Positions 32,365 through 42,520 of a stretch of DNA of 64,000 bases are shown here, one piece after another. The DNA is taken from positions 1 to 64,000 of the forward strand of contig CBDBPB010000007.1 of NCBI GenBank assembly GCA_965208615.1, given 5' to 3'. The position numbers and the translations under genes were made by a program. The first letter of the stretch is position 1. Each line of letters opens with the position of its first letter. Origin of the DNA: Spirochaetota bacterium (GTDB taxonomy: Bacteria; Spirochaetota; UBA6919; CBDBPB01). Under the pieces are notes generated by a model. That model was not told the DNA's origin and ran no database searches. It saw only the letters and a program-made list of their open reading frames with translations.

Positions 32365-33381
32365 ATGATAATAAGGATTTTTCTGTTAATTATAAGTTTA
32401 TCATTAACGATATATTTGGTTAGCTGTGGTGAGGGTAAAGGTGAAAATATAGTTGAAAAAGCCACTGGTGGAAGTGGTACTGGTAGTGGTGGAACAGGTG
32501 CATGTGAGATTATTGTTCATAGTGATAGTTGGGTATATAAAGAAGTTAAAAAAAGCCTATGTTTTAAGGATATTACAGAGGATCAGTGTAATAGTTATAA
32601 GGATAAACTAAGCAAACATAAATATACTGAAAAGAAGGTTATATTTTATATACCTATAACTTTCCCTCTTGGTGATATAAGCCTAAAAAGTAGTTATACA
32701 AAAGGTAAGAGCTGTTCTGATGATAGAGATGTTAGTGGTATTTGTACAATTGATAGTACAACGGCTTATGTTTATAAAAATAGCTATATAAGTCATGGTG
32801 GTGCTACTGAGATTATTGCTAGTGGTGTTGTTTTTAATAAGCTTAAGGCTGTATGTACAAATAAGGGGGATAATGATTTTGGTGGTGAGTGGACTGATGG
32901 TAAGGTAGAACCTGAAAAAGATAATAATAAAGAAGAGGATAATAATAAAGAAGAGGATAATAATAAAGAAGAGGATAATAATAAACCTAGTCCGTCGTCT
33001 ACTGGTGCTTGTGAGGTTAAGCTTACCACAAAGACGAACTCTAACTTTAAAAAGAGCTTATGCTATGAAAGTGTTACAAAAACTCAGTGTGATACTTATG
33101 AGTATGAGGCAACCTCAAGAATAAAAGGTGATTCAACTGCCAAAATTATGTTTAGTGGTGCAAAGAGTGAGTTTAAAGAAAATAAAGGTTGTTCAGAACC
33201 AGGGGATATTACTGGTACTTGCAAAACTGATGCTATTACCTATCACACTTATAAGGACTCTGGACATGGGTTAGTTGTTGATGGTGTTATTAGAAGCAGT
33301 ACTAAAACTCAATGTGAAAAGAGTAAAGCTGATGGTGGTGATGGCGGTACATGGAGCAAAGAAACTAACTTTATAAACTAA
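32365..33381 (+). CDS. Cys-rich lipoprotein C (two 6-Cys domains, KEEDNN linker)
   Basis: Lipobox LVSC; two GACE...W domains; 18-bp repeat at 32920-32985. Confidence 0.87.
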   Translation: MIIRIFLLIISLSLTIYLVSCGEGKGENIVEKATGGSGTGSGGTGACEIIVHSDSWVYKEVKKSLCFKDITEDQCNSYKDKLSKHKYTEKKVIFYIPITFPLGDISLKSSYTKGKSCSDDRDVSGICTIDSTTAYVYKNSYISHGGATEIIASGVVFNKLKAVCTNKGDNDFGGEWTDGKVEPEKDNNKEEDNNKEEDNNKEEDNNKPSPSSTGACEVKLTTKTNSNFKKSLCYESVTKTQCDTYEYEATSRIKGDSTAKIMFSGAKSEFKENKGCSEPGDITGTCKTDAITYHTYKDSGHGLVVDGVIRSSTKTQCEKSKADGGDGGTWSKETNFIN

Positions 33382-33386
33382 TACAA

Positions 33387-33470
33387 GCCCAGATGGTGGA
33401 ATTGGTAGACACGCTAGCTTGAGGGGCTAGTGGGAGTATTCCTGTGTTGGTTCGAGTCTGGCTTTGGGCA
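33387..33470 (+). tRNA. tRNA-Leu(GAG), degenerate duplicate (possible pseudo-tRNA)
   Basis: Differs from 35191-35274 by four C>T changes, giving three G-U pairs in the T stem and one in the acceptor stem. Confidence 0.8.
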
Positions 33471-33513
33471 TAAATAAAATTTTGTATTTAAGAAATAATA
33501 ATATTGACGTCTT

Positions 33514-33721
33514 TTAAAAGTCAGCTTTTTGCTCTGCTTTCTTAGTATTAGCTTTTATCCAGTTATAAATAAGCAAAGTACTAGCTAAAGCAAATATAAT
33601 TATCCCAGTAAACTGAGCCGCACTTAAACTAATTATGTTTTTAGGGGTATCATTCCTTATAATCTCTATCAAAAACCGACTAACAGAATAATACAAAGCA
33701 GATATAAAAAAAAGCAGTTCC
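33514..33721 (-). pseudogene. Duplicated 3' fragment of lgt
   Basis: Encodes YYSVSRFLIEIIRND...KADF, identical to the lgt C-terminus. Confidence 0.93.
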
Positions 33722-33913
33722 TTATTAAATAAAAAGTCAACTACTTAAGTTAGCTTAATTAATTTAAATAATAGAACCATAGCTATAGAGCTATGGTTTT
33801 TTATGTTTTAGTTGACTTTTTTAAATTAACTATTTATTTTTAACGAAATATTATTTTAATTTTTAAAATTACTATTAAATATAGTTGCTTGCACTTAAAA
33901 TAGGGGATTATTC

Positions 33914-35185
33914 ATGATAATAAGGATTTTTCTGTTAATTATAAGTTTATCATTAACGATATATTTGGTTAGCTGTGGTGAGGGTAAAGGTGAAAATATA
34001 GTTGAAAAAGCCACTGGTGGCGGTGGAAGTGGTACTGGCGGTGGTGGAAGTGGTACTGGTGGCGGTGGAAGTGGTACTGGTGGTGGTGGAAGTGGTACTG
34101 GCGGTGGTGGAAGTGGTACTGGCGGTGGTGGAAGTGGTAATGGCGGTGGTGGAAGTGGTAATGGTGGCGGTGGAAGTGGTACTGGCGGTGGTGGAAGTGG
34201 TAATGGCGGTGGTGGAAGTGGTACTGGTGGTGGTGGAAGTGGTACTGGCGGTGGTGGAAGTGGTACTGGTGGTGGTGGAAGTGGTACTGGTGGTGGTGGA
34301 AGTGGTACTGGTGGTGGTGGAAGTGGTACTGGTGGCGGTGGAAGTGGTACTGGTGGTGGCGGTACTTGTGAACCTGAAGAAAACAAAAACCCTTTTGTAA
34401 GTAAATGTGAGATTACTGTTCATAGTGATAGTGGGCTGTATAAAGAAGTTAAAAAAAGCCTATGTTTTAAGGATATTACAGAAAAGCAATGTAATAGTTA
34501 TAAGGATAAACTAAGCAAGCATTATCAGGGTATATCTATATCCCCTGTTGGTAATATAAGCCTAAAAACTAGTTATACAAAAGATAAGAGCTGTTCTGAT
34601 GATAGAGATGTTAGTGGTACTTGTACAATTGATAGTACAACGGCTTATGTTTATAAAAATAGCTATATAAGTCATGGTGGGGCTACTGAGATTATTGCTA
34701 GTAATATTGTTTTTAAGAAGCTTAAGACTGTATGTACAGGTAAAGAGGATAATGATTTTGATGGTGAGTGGACTGATGGTAAGAAGGTTGAACCTCAAGA
34801 AGATAAGTGTAAAGTTAAGGGTGCATGTGAGATCAAGTTTACCAAAAAGGATAATTCTAACTTTAAGAAAAGCTTATGTTATGGATATGTTACAAAAACT
34901 CAGTGTGATACTCATACATCAAAAGTAAATAATGATCCACGTACCAAAATTATGTTTAGTGGTGCAAAGAGTGAGTTTAAAGAAAATAAAGGTTGTTCAG
35001 AACCAGGGGCTATTACTGGTACTTGCAAAACTGATAGTGTTATCTATCACACTTATAAGAACTCTGGACATGGGTTAGTTGTTGATGGTGTTATTAGAAG
35101 CAATACTAAAACTCAATGTGAAAAGAGTAAAGCTGATGGTGGTGATGGCGGTACATGGAGCAAAGAAACTAACTTTATAAACTAA
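33914..35185 (+). CDS. Cys-rich lipoprotein D (Gly-rich stalk plus two 6-Cys domains)
   Basis: Signal peptide and C-terminus identical to gene C; 16 x GGGGSG(T/N). Confidence 0.87.
   Translation: MIIRIFLLIISLSLTIYLVSCGEGKGENIVEKATGGGGSGTGGGGSGTGGGGSGTGGGGSGTGGGGSGTGGGGSGNGGGGSGNGGGGSGTGGGGSGNGGGGSGTGGGGSGTGGGGSGTGGGGSGTGGGGSGTGGGGSGTGGGGSGTGGGGTCEPEENKNPFVSKCEITVHSDSGLYKEVKKSLCFKDITEKQCNSYKDKLSKHYQGISISPVGNISLKTSYTKDKSCSDDRDVSGTCTIDSTTAYVYKNSYISHGGATEIIASNIVFKKLKTVCTGKEDNDFDGEWTDGKKVEPQEDKCKVKGACEIKFTKKDNSNFKKSLCYGYVTKTQCDTHTSKVNNDPRTKIMFSGAKSEFKENKGCSEPGAITGTCKTDSVIYHTYKNSGHGLVVDGVIRSNTKTQCEKSKADGGDGGTWSKETNFIN
34016..34351 (+). repeat. 16 x 21-bp coding repeat (GGGGSGT/N)
   Basis: GGYGGYGGTGGAAGTGGTAMT units spanning 336 bp. 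Confidence 0.95.
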
Positions 35186-35190
35186 TACAA

Positions 35191-35274
35191 GCCCAGATGG
35201 TGGAATTGGTAGACACGCTAGCTTGAGGGGCTAGTGGGAGTATTCCTGTGCCGGTTCGAGTCCGGCTCTGGGCA
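35191..35274 (+). tRNA. tRNA-Leu(GAG)
   Basis: GCCCAGA/TCTGGGC acceptor stem, GGAATTGGTAGACAC D arm, CTAGC-TTGAGGG-GCTAG anticodon arm, long variable arm, GCCGG-TTCGAGT-CCGGC T arm; CCA not encoded. Confidence 0.95.
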
Positions 35275-35317
35275 TAAATAAAATTTTGTATTTAAGAAAT
35301 AATAATATTGACGTCTT

Positions 35318-36424
35318 TTAAAAGTCAGCTTTTTGCTCTGCTTTCTTAGTATTAGCTTTTATCCAGTTATAAATAAGCAAAGTACTAGCTAAAGCAAATA
35401 TAATTATCCCAGTAAACTGAGCCGCACTTAAACTAATTATGTTTTTAGGGGTATCATTCCTTATAATCTCTATCAAAAACCGACTAACAGAATAATACAA
35501 AGCAAATATAAGAAAAAGCAGTCCCTCAAACTTAAATCTATTACGATAACGAGTGTAAATAAACTCCAAAATAAAAAATATAAAAAAGCCACTTATAGCT
35601 GAAATAAGTTGTGTAGGGAAAATAAAAGTACTGTTTTGTAAGCCGCTTTCAAAAATATGAGTATATGTATCATAAGTAGGATTTGAAAGGTAGCCTCCTA
35701 TATGAGAATGCCTATCAAACAATGACAACGGTATACTTAAAAAATGATTATCCTTATCAATTAAGCCAAAACAACAACCAGCAAAATTACAGCCAAGACG
35801 AGCAAAACCAACACCCAAAGCTAAAGAAGGAGCAAATATATCAGCTGTTTTACCAAGAGGCAAACCATTTTTCTTAATGTAATAAATGCTAACAGCTACT
35901 CCACAAATAAACCCACCATAAGCCACAAACCCACCAGAGCTTATATCAAAAAGACTAAACAAATTACTAAAAAAGGCCATAGGTGGATTAACTATTCCAC
36001 TATCACTAATCACGCTATACTCAAAAAGCATAAAAAATAGTCTTGCACCAATAACAGATGCTATAAGACCCCATAATGCAATATCACTAACAATATTCTT
36101 AGGAATATTTACTTTTTTAGCCTTTCTAATAACAAGTAAAACCCCTAACAAAAACGCCAAAGCCAACATAAAACCATAACTGTTAAAGTCCATGGACTTT
36201 TGGCCTGTTACAACTAATAATCCTAAGATTATGAAAATGAAAAGAAAAAAATAAAATAGACCATTAAATACCTTATATAAGCTCGTATTGCCTTTCTTAA
36301 GCTTCTTACCCTCAATATGCCTCAGGTAATAAAAAATAAAGGACAATATAGCAGATATAATAATAATTAAAATAGTCTTATCGCTAATAAAATCAATTGG
36401 GATCTGGAATAACTTAGGATACAC
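35318..36424 (-). CDS. lgt: Prolipoprotein diacylglyceryl transferase
   Basis: SYGFMLA, GARLFF, GFVAYGG, ARLGCNFAGCCFG, PTQL, RFLIEIIR. Confidence 0.92.
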   Translation of the reverse strand: MYPKLFQIPIDFISDKTILIIIISAILSFIFYYLRHIEGKKLKKGNTSLYKVFNGLFYFFLFIFIILGLLVVTGQKSMDFNSYGFMLALAFLLGVLLVIRKAKKVNIPKNIVSDIALWGLIASVIGARLFFMLFEYSVISDSGIVNPPMAFFSNLFSLFDISSGGFVAYGGFICGVAVSIYYIKKNGLPLGKTADIFAPSLALGVGFARLGCNFAGCCFGLIDKDNHFLSIPLSLFDRHSHIGGYLSNPTYDTYTHIFESGLQNSTFIFPTQLISAISGFFIFFILEFIYTRYRNRFKFEGLLFLIFALYYSVSRFLIEIIRNDTPKNIISLSAAQFTGIIIFALASTLLIYNWIKANTKKAEQKADF

Positions 36425-36545
36425 CTTAAAACCTAACTTAACTTTAATAAATAATCAGTGCCTAAGAAGACTGTAATAACAAAGTCTAAGCAAAATAGCC
36501 AAAACTAATATATATAGCCCTCAATAACACTGATTTATAATAATT

Positions 36546-37415
36546 CTAATTTAACTTATCAAAAATAGTGTCAGCAACCTGAGATGGAGTATCACATACA
36601 GGTACACCCACAGCACTTAATGCCTTAATCTTACTCTCAGAAGTACCCATACCACCGGATATAATAGCACCAGCATGACCCATTCTCTTACCCTCAGGTG
36701 CAGTTCTACCAGCAATAAACGCAACAACAGGCTTTTTAATATTATCCCTAATGAACTCAGCGGCCTCCTCTTCATCTGTACCACCAATCTCACCAATCAT
36801 GGCTATGGCTTTAGTTTCTGGATCACCGTTGAATAAAGTCAATACATCAATAAAATTAGTGCCAATAATAGGATCACCACCAATACCAATACAGGTACTC
36901 TGTCCAAGACCCTTTAAGGTAAGAGAATATACAATCTCATAAGTTAAGGTACCACTTTTTGATACCACCCCAACAGAACCAGGCTTTGCAATATGACCAG
37001 GCATAATACCAATCTTACTCTTACCAGGAGATAATAAACCAGGACAATTAGGTCCAACTAAACGTACATCCTTACCCTTAATATAATTATATACCCGTAG
37101 AGCATCATTAACAGGTACACCCTCAGTAATACATATAACTAACTTAACGCCACTCTCAACAGCCTCTAACATAGCATCACCAGCAAAAGCAGCAGGTACA
37201 TAAATTACACTGGCATTAGCACCAGTTTCATTTACAGCCTCATTCATACTATTGAAAACAGGTACACCATCCATTTTTTGTCCACCCTTGCCAGGTGTAA
37301 CACCCCCAACAACCTTAGTACCATAATCTATCATCTGCTTAGTGTGGAATGAACCATCCCTACCTGTAATCCCCTGAACCAAAACTCTAGTGTTTTTATC
37401 AATTAAAATACTCAC
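36546..37415 (-). CDS. sucD: Succinyl-CoA synthetase alpha subunit
   Basis: [29 protein letters not shown]. Confidence 0.98.
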   Translation of the reverse strand: MSILIDKNTRVLVQGITGRDGSFHTKQMIDYGTKVVGGVTPGKGGQKMDGVPVFNSMNEAVNETGANASVIYVPAAFAGDAMLEAVESGVKLVICITEGVPVNDALRVYNYIKGKDVRLVGPNCPGLLSPGKSKIGIMPGHIAKPGSVGVVSKSGTLTYEIVYSLTLKGLGQSTCIGIGGDPIIGTNFIDVLTLFNGDPETKAIAMIGEIGGTDEEEAAEFIRDNIKKPVVAFIAGRTAPEGKRMGHAGAIISGGMGTSESKIKALSAVGVPVCDTPSQVADTIFDKLN

Positions 37416-37444
37416 TTTAAATACTCCTTCAAATCAATTAACTT

Positions 37445-38578
37445 TTAGGCACTAGCATTCTCAACAGCTAACTTAACAGCCTCGTTCATAGTCTTTGCCC
37501 CTATTAAATCAGTCTTAGCTAAAATATCCCTAGCTATATCCTCATTAGTACCAGTAAGACGAACAACTATAGGAATGTCAATCTTAATCTTACTAAGCCC
37601 CTCGATTATACCATTGGCAATGTCATCACACCTTGTTATACCGCCAAAAATATTAAATAAAATAGACCTAACATTCTTGTTAGACATAATTATCTCTAAA
37701 GCAGTAACCACCTTCTGAGGATTAGAACTACCTCCTACATCCAAGAAGTTTGCAGGCTCACCATTGTAAAGCTTAACAACATCCATAGTGGCCATAGCTA
37801 AACCAGCCCCGTTAACAACACAACCAACATTACCATCCAATGGAACAAATGATAAACCAGCCTCATCAGCCTTTAACTCTAAAGGATCAACCGCATCCAT
37901 ATCCATAAGCTCTCTCAAACCAGGACAACGGTCTAATGCATTATCATCAAAGTTAATCTTAGCATCAGCCGCAACTAACCGCCCATCACCCAATATGGCA
38001 AATGGATTAATCTCCACCAGTGAACAGTCCTTGTCCATAAAAATATTATACAACTTCTCAGTAGTGGATATAGCCATCTTAAGCTGAGCCTTATCCGTAA
38101 ATATATTCTCAAAAAGCCTTTTAACATGATATAACTTTATACCAACAAGAGGATCTATACTAGCCTTAAGTATCTTCTCTGGAGTTTTAGCGGCAACCTC
38201 TTCAATATCCATACCCCCAGCCTCGCTTACCATTATAGTTACTTTTTTAGGTCCACGATCCAAAATTAAACCAACGTATAACTCCTTTTTAATATCAACA
38301 GCCTCTACTACTAAAACTTTTTTTACAGTTAAACCCTTAATATCCATACCCAATATCTTATTAGCGGCATCTTTAGCCTGCTCTGGACTATCCGCAAGCT
38401 TAACCCCACCAGCCTTACCCCTACCACCAACGTGTACCTGAGCCTTTACTACAACCTTTTTACCTATTTCTTTTGCAATCTGATAAACTTCATCAGCCGA
38501 AGAGGCTACCTTACCCCTAGGAGTAGGAATATTATATTGCTCAAAAATCTCTTTTGCCTGATATTCATGGATCTTCAA
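37445..38578 (-). CDS. sucC: Succinyl-CoA synthetase beta subunit
   Basis: HEYQAK, GGRGKAGGV, NGAGLAMATMD, NFLDVGG, NIFGGITRCD. Confidence 0.98.
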   Translation of the reverse strand: MKIHEYQAKEIFEQYNIPTPRGKVASSADEVYQIAKEIGKKVVVKAQVHVGGRGKAGGVKLADSPEQAKDAANKILGMDIKGLTVKKVLVVEAVDIKKELYVGLILDRGPKKVTIMVSEAGGMDIEEVAAKTPEKILKASIDPLVGIKLYHVKRLFENIFTDKAQLKMAISTTEKLYNIFMDKDCSLVEINPFAILGDGRLVAADAKINFDDNALDRCPGLRELMDMDAVDPLELKADEAGLSFVPLDGNVGCVVNGAGLAMATMDVVKLYNGEPANFLDVGGSSNPQKVVTALEIIMSNKNVRSILFNIFGGITRCDDIANGIIEGLSKIKIDIPIVVRLTGTNEDIARDILAKTDLIGAKTMNEAVKLAVENASA

Positions 38579-38864
38579 TGCTAGTCTCCTTAAATAAATA
38601 TTTTAATACTCCAAAACCTTAAAATTATAACAAAAATAACACTTCTATAAAAGCATAAAATATAAAATAATTCTTAATCTTATGCCTTATAAAAAATATA
38701 TATCAAAATTAATATAGAAAAAGAAGATAGGCAAGTCTATTTATGCTAATCGTGCTACTTATGCTAACTTTTAAAAAAAAATAAACATTTTTAAAACAAA
38801 GCACCCAATCATTTTTTATTGGACAAATACCTTAGAAGTTTTTTTAGCTAAATTATTAGAAAGC

Positions 38865-40202
38865 TTAATTAAACTTTTGTAAAATCTTAATAAAAGCATC
38901 CATTTCTTTTTTAGTTCTTTTTTCTGTTACAGATAGCAATAAAAGGTTTTTACTATCGGAGCCATAAAAATCTTCCAATGGCAATCCCCCTATAAAACCC
39001 TCATTGAGTAAAGCCTCATTGACAACCTTAGGGGATACCTCCAAATGCACAAGAAATTCATTAAAAAAAGGCTTGTCATAAACTAACTTAAAAGAATTTA
39101 AACTACAAATCCTGTTCTGCAAATAATGTGCTTTGTGATAAGCAAGGTTAGATGCTTCTTTTAAACCATCCTCACCCAAAAGTGAAAGATATATTAAACC
39201 CCTTAAAGCCATGAGTGCCTGATTTGAACATATATTTGATGTAGCCCTCTCCCTTTTTATATGCTGTTCACGAGTCTGGAATGTAAGACAATATCCTTTT
39301 TGTGAAAGAACGTCATTAGTCTCTCCCACTACCCTACCTGGTATCCGCCTTATATACTCAGAACGACAAGATAAAAAACCAAAGTGTGGACCACCAAAAG
39401 CCATATAACTACCAAGAGATTGTCCATCACCAACTACTATATCAGCCTTCCAGTCACCTGGAGAAGGTAAAAAGCCTAAAGAAAAGGGATAACAACCAAC
39501 TATTAATAAGCTATCGCCCAAATCAGCCTTTAAGCCTCTATAATCCTCTATTATGCCAAAGAAATTAGGACTCTGGATACAACAACATGCGGTATTATTG
39601 GTTAATAAAGACTTTAGACGGTTAAAGTCAGTTTGGCCGTTTATATGGTCAACAATTTTTATAGTTATATTTCTACCCGATAAATAAGTTTTTAACACCT
39701 CGATCCACTCAGGGTGAATAGTATTGGATACAATAACCTCAGATTTTTTAGTTATATCCACAGCCATCAAAACCGCCTCAGCCAGAGCAGAACTCCCATC
39801 GTATAAAGAACCGTTGGATATATCCATAGCAGTCAGCCGTGAAATTATACTCTGATACTCAATGATAGACTGTAATACACCCTGGCTTGCCTCAGGCTGA
39901 TATGGGGTATAAGCAGTATAAAACTCGCTTCTATTCGCCAGAGCATCAAGAGCTGGAGGTATATAGTGATCGTAAATACCGCCGCCTAAAAAAGATGTAT
40001 GGTTTGAAAGGGATATATTTTTTTTAGATAGTCTTTTTATTTTCTCAGAGACCTGAAGCTCATTTGAACCACTTTTTAAGCCGATATCATCTATATTAAT
40101 TAGTTCTTTTGGAATGTGAGAAAAGAGATCATCAATACTATTAGCTCCAATAGCTTTTAACATCGATGTTATATCACTTTTAGTATGGGGTATATAGTCC
40201 AT
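38865..40202 (-). CDS. gcvPA: Glycine dehydrogenase (decarboxylating) subunit 1
   Basis: YIPHT, EFYTAYTPYQPEASQG, FGGPHFG, TREQHIKRERATSNICSNQ; likely start is the ATG at 40202. Confidence 0.95.
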   Translation of the reverse strand: MDYIPHTKSDITSMLKAIGANSIDDLFSHIPKELINIDDIGLKSGSNELQVSEKIKRLSKKNISLSNHTSFLGGGIYDHYIPPALDALANRSEFYTAYTPYQPEASQGVLQSIIEYQSIISRLTAMDISNGSLYDGSSALAEAVLMAVDITKKSEVIVSNTIHPEWIEVLKTYLSGRNITIKIVDHINGQTDFNRLKSLLTNNTACCCIQSPNFFGIIEDYRGLKADLGDSLLIVGCYPFSLGFLPSPGDWKADIVVGDGQSLGSYMAFGGPHFGFLSCRSEYIRRIPGRVVGETNDVLSQKGYCLTFQTREQHIKRERATSNICSNQALMALRGLIYLSLLGEDGLKEASNLAYHKAHYLQNRICSLNSFKLVYDKPFFNEFLVHLEVSPKVVNEALLNEGFIGGLPLEDFYGSDSKNLLLLSVTEKRTKKEMDAFIKILQKFN

Positions 40203-40270
40203 ATTTTGTCCCAAAAATTAGTTTAAGATTAGAATAATAATAAAAATTTTAGATATATAAAAACTTTTTA

Positions 40271-40475
40271 TTTTTATGTTATATTTGTTATCAAACGTTC
40301 TATTGGGTTACTCTAAAAGGGTCCTAAGGGATAATATTGGGGTGAAAAGCCTATTCTAGTGTATGCATATTTTTTTTATTAGAATAATTCTTTATCTAAA
40401 AGCTAGAGTAATTAGTAACAGATAATTTAGTTATCATTTTATGACAGAGCCTACAACGTAAAAAGCAAACTAACA
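40271..40475. repeat. Short mosaic remnant of the dispersed repeat
   Basis: ATAATTTAGTTATCATTTTATGAC (40422-40445) identical to the element interior; AATTAGTAACA and ACTAACA end motifs. Confidence 0.6.
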
Positions 40476-40483
40476 AAACTCTT

Positions 40484-41833
40484 TTATAAACTATTATCTT
40501 TTATAATAATTCGCCTCCATATATAAAAAATAACTATTCCCAATATAACAACCCCTATCGCAAATAGTGATGTCATTGTCCACTCAATAATACTGGATAA
40601 CATCATGTAAATAGTTAAAAATATAAATATTATCGGGGTTAATGGATATAGCGGTACACTGTAAGCCCTCTTAATGCCTGGATTCCTAATCCTAATGTAT
40701 ATAAGTCCGATAACACTAAGAAGAGGAAATATCCCTAATGCAAAACCTGTATAGGTCATAAGGGATTCTACGTTTCTGCCTATTAGTACATAAATAACCG
40801 TTAATACAATTTGAGTCATTATGGCAAAGGCAGGTGTGCCAAAACGAGAATGTATTTTTGCTATGGACTTAAAAAGAATCCTATCCTTAGCCATAGCATA
40901 GTAAACCCTTGGAGCTATCATCAACTGAACCGCAATAGACGATATTAAAATAAAAATAATACCTAAATTATACAATTGGGATACGTAATCACCAAAAATA
41001 CTTTTTGTTGCTACAGCCCCAATAGCTGTCTTACCCTTTATATAATCAGCAGGAGCAGACATTATAAATACCAGATTTACTCCAATATATAAAATTGAGG
41101 TTAATAATGTTCCGTATAGTAAAGCCTTTGGAAGATTATTACTGGGATTCTTAATCTCACCCGCAATATAAACTGCTCCATTCCAGCCAGAGTAGGCAAA
41201 CATTATAATTAAAAGTGATAAACCCATTGTTGAAAAACTAGTTATATTGTCGCCTGAGTAAACTATACGATGAGATTGTCCCCAGTCAATCATGTAAATA
41301 CCAAATATTACTAGAGAAATAACTATAATAAGCTTTAATACGGTAAGTAGGTTTTGTATTTTACTACCAAGCTTTAGTCCGAAAATCTGAATGCTACCCA
41401 ATACTACTACTAATGATGTACTAATTATCCCTCTTATGACTGGATCAGAAATAAATATAGCGGTTTGAGGACTAAATCTATATAAAAGTTTATCAAGATA
41501 GTGGAATAAAGTAATTGTACTAATTGCCGTAGAAGCAGAAAAACCTACTATTAAAGAAATCCACCCGGTTAAAAAGGAAGGTAATAGACCAAATATCTTT
41601 TTAAGATAAATATATTCTCCGCCAACATAAGGCCATATTGTTGCTAATTCAGCATAGCATAGGGTTCCAGTTATAGCCACTAACCCCCCAACTGCCCATA
41701 AAACTAATACTAGTAAACTATTATTAGTCATAGCTAAAACATTGCCTGTTGTTACGAATAATCCCGTTCCTATCATGCTCGCCATAACTACCATTATAGC
41801 AGTAAATAATCCTAACTCTCTTTTAAGTTGCAT
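40484..41833 (-). CDS. APC-family amino acid permease
   Basis: MIGTGLF, YAELAT, GGEYIY, FAYSGWN, GEIKNP; ~12 TMs. Confidence 0.92.
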   Translation of the reverse strand: MQLKRELGLFTAIMVVMASMIGTGLFVTTGNVLAMTNNSLLVLVLWAVGGLVAITGTLCYAELATIWPYVGGEYIYLKKIFGLLPSFLTGWISLIVGFSASTAISTITLFHYLDKLLYRFSPQTAIFISDPVIRGIISTSLVVVLGSIQIFGLKLGSKIQNLLTVLKLIIVISLVIFGIYMIDWGQSHRIVYSGDNITSFSTMGLSLLIIMFAYSGWNGAVYIAGEIKNPSNNLPKALLYGTLLTSILYIGVNLVFIMSAPADYIKGKTAIGAVATKSIFGDYVSQLYNLGIIFILISSIAVQLMIAPRVYYAMAKDRILFKSIAKIHSRFGTPAFAIMTQIVLTVIYVLIGRNVESLMTYTGFALGIFPLLSVIGLIYIRIRNPGIKRAYSVPLYPLTPIIFIFLTIYMMLSSIIEWTMTSLFAIGVVILGIVIFYIWRRIIIKDNSL

Positions 41834-41988
41834 TATAGCTTTACCTTAATGTTATCTGTTATTAAATGTTATCAACCATCCAAAAGCAATTATAGGCGTT
41901 TTGGTTTGTTTTTATACCTGTTGGAACCCTCCATAACAATTTATAATAAGGATCAATGTAAGCCTTGTTTGTTGTTATTATGAATGAA

Positions 41989-42339
41989 CTACTTAATACG
42001 TTTCTTTTTTCTATAATAGGACATTAACTGAGAAATAAAATCTTTCTTTTCAGGGGTAATATCATTAAACTGACAACCAATAATCGATATACCAGGATAA
42101 TTGGGATCTTCTTTTTCCCATATCTTTTTAGCCTTTAGTACCCAAAGGCTGTCTTGGAGATTATTAGTATCATCAAAGGATATGTTAAATATATCGTCAA
42201 CGTTATGCTCAATATGAATTTTTGCTCCGCTTTTACTAAGACTAGTAATATAACCATTAGCATTAGCTATTTTACATAGTATATTTACATTAATAGGATC
42301 AGTTCTTTCTCTGTTATTTGTTCTTTTATCGCTATACAT
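41989..42339 (-). CDS. PilZ-domain-like protein
   Basis: RxxxR (KRTNNRER), SLSKSGA, terminal GCQF..I. Confidence 0.7.
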   Translation of the reverse strand: MYSDKRTNNRERTDPINVNILCKIANANGYITSLSKSGAKIHIEHNVDDIFNISFDDTNNLQDSLWVLKAKKIWEKEDPNYPGISIIGCQFNDITPEKKDFISQLMSYYRKKKRIK

Positions 42340-42520
42340 AATAATTTCTCCGTATTTGTTATTATAATTGAACTAAAATTATAATATAACTCAAAAAGAA
42401 TAACATATCCAAGAAAAATATTATCTGTTTGCCATTTTTAATGGCTTATTGTTAAGCTTGTAAAATAAGTAGGTTTTCAACTTGAGTATTAATTAATAAG
42501 ATTTAGTGTAAAGTAGTTAA

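Larger units (their letters stand above)
32196..35525. repeat. Tandem segmental duplication (32196-33721 and 33746-35525)
   Basis: Each unit holds terminator, upstream region, lipoprotein gene, tRNA-Leu and lgt 3' sequence. Confidence 0.93.

Noticed and set aside
33514-33696. Independent 60-aa gene
   Set aside because: Identical to the lgt C-terminus; a duplication remnant
33895-34423. Pro-rich, Thr-rich and Val-rich ORFs
   Set aside because: Alternative frames of the 21-bp Gly repeat in lipoprotein D
32365-35185. Diversity-generating retroelement TR/VR pair
   Set aside because: No reverse transcriptase in the window; differences include indels and are not confined to adenines
33387-35274. 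Integrative element bounded by tRNA attL/attR
   Set aside because: The whole tRNA plus both flanks are duplicated and there is no integrase; a tandem duplication explains it
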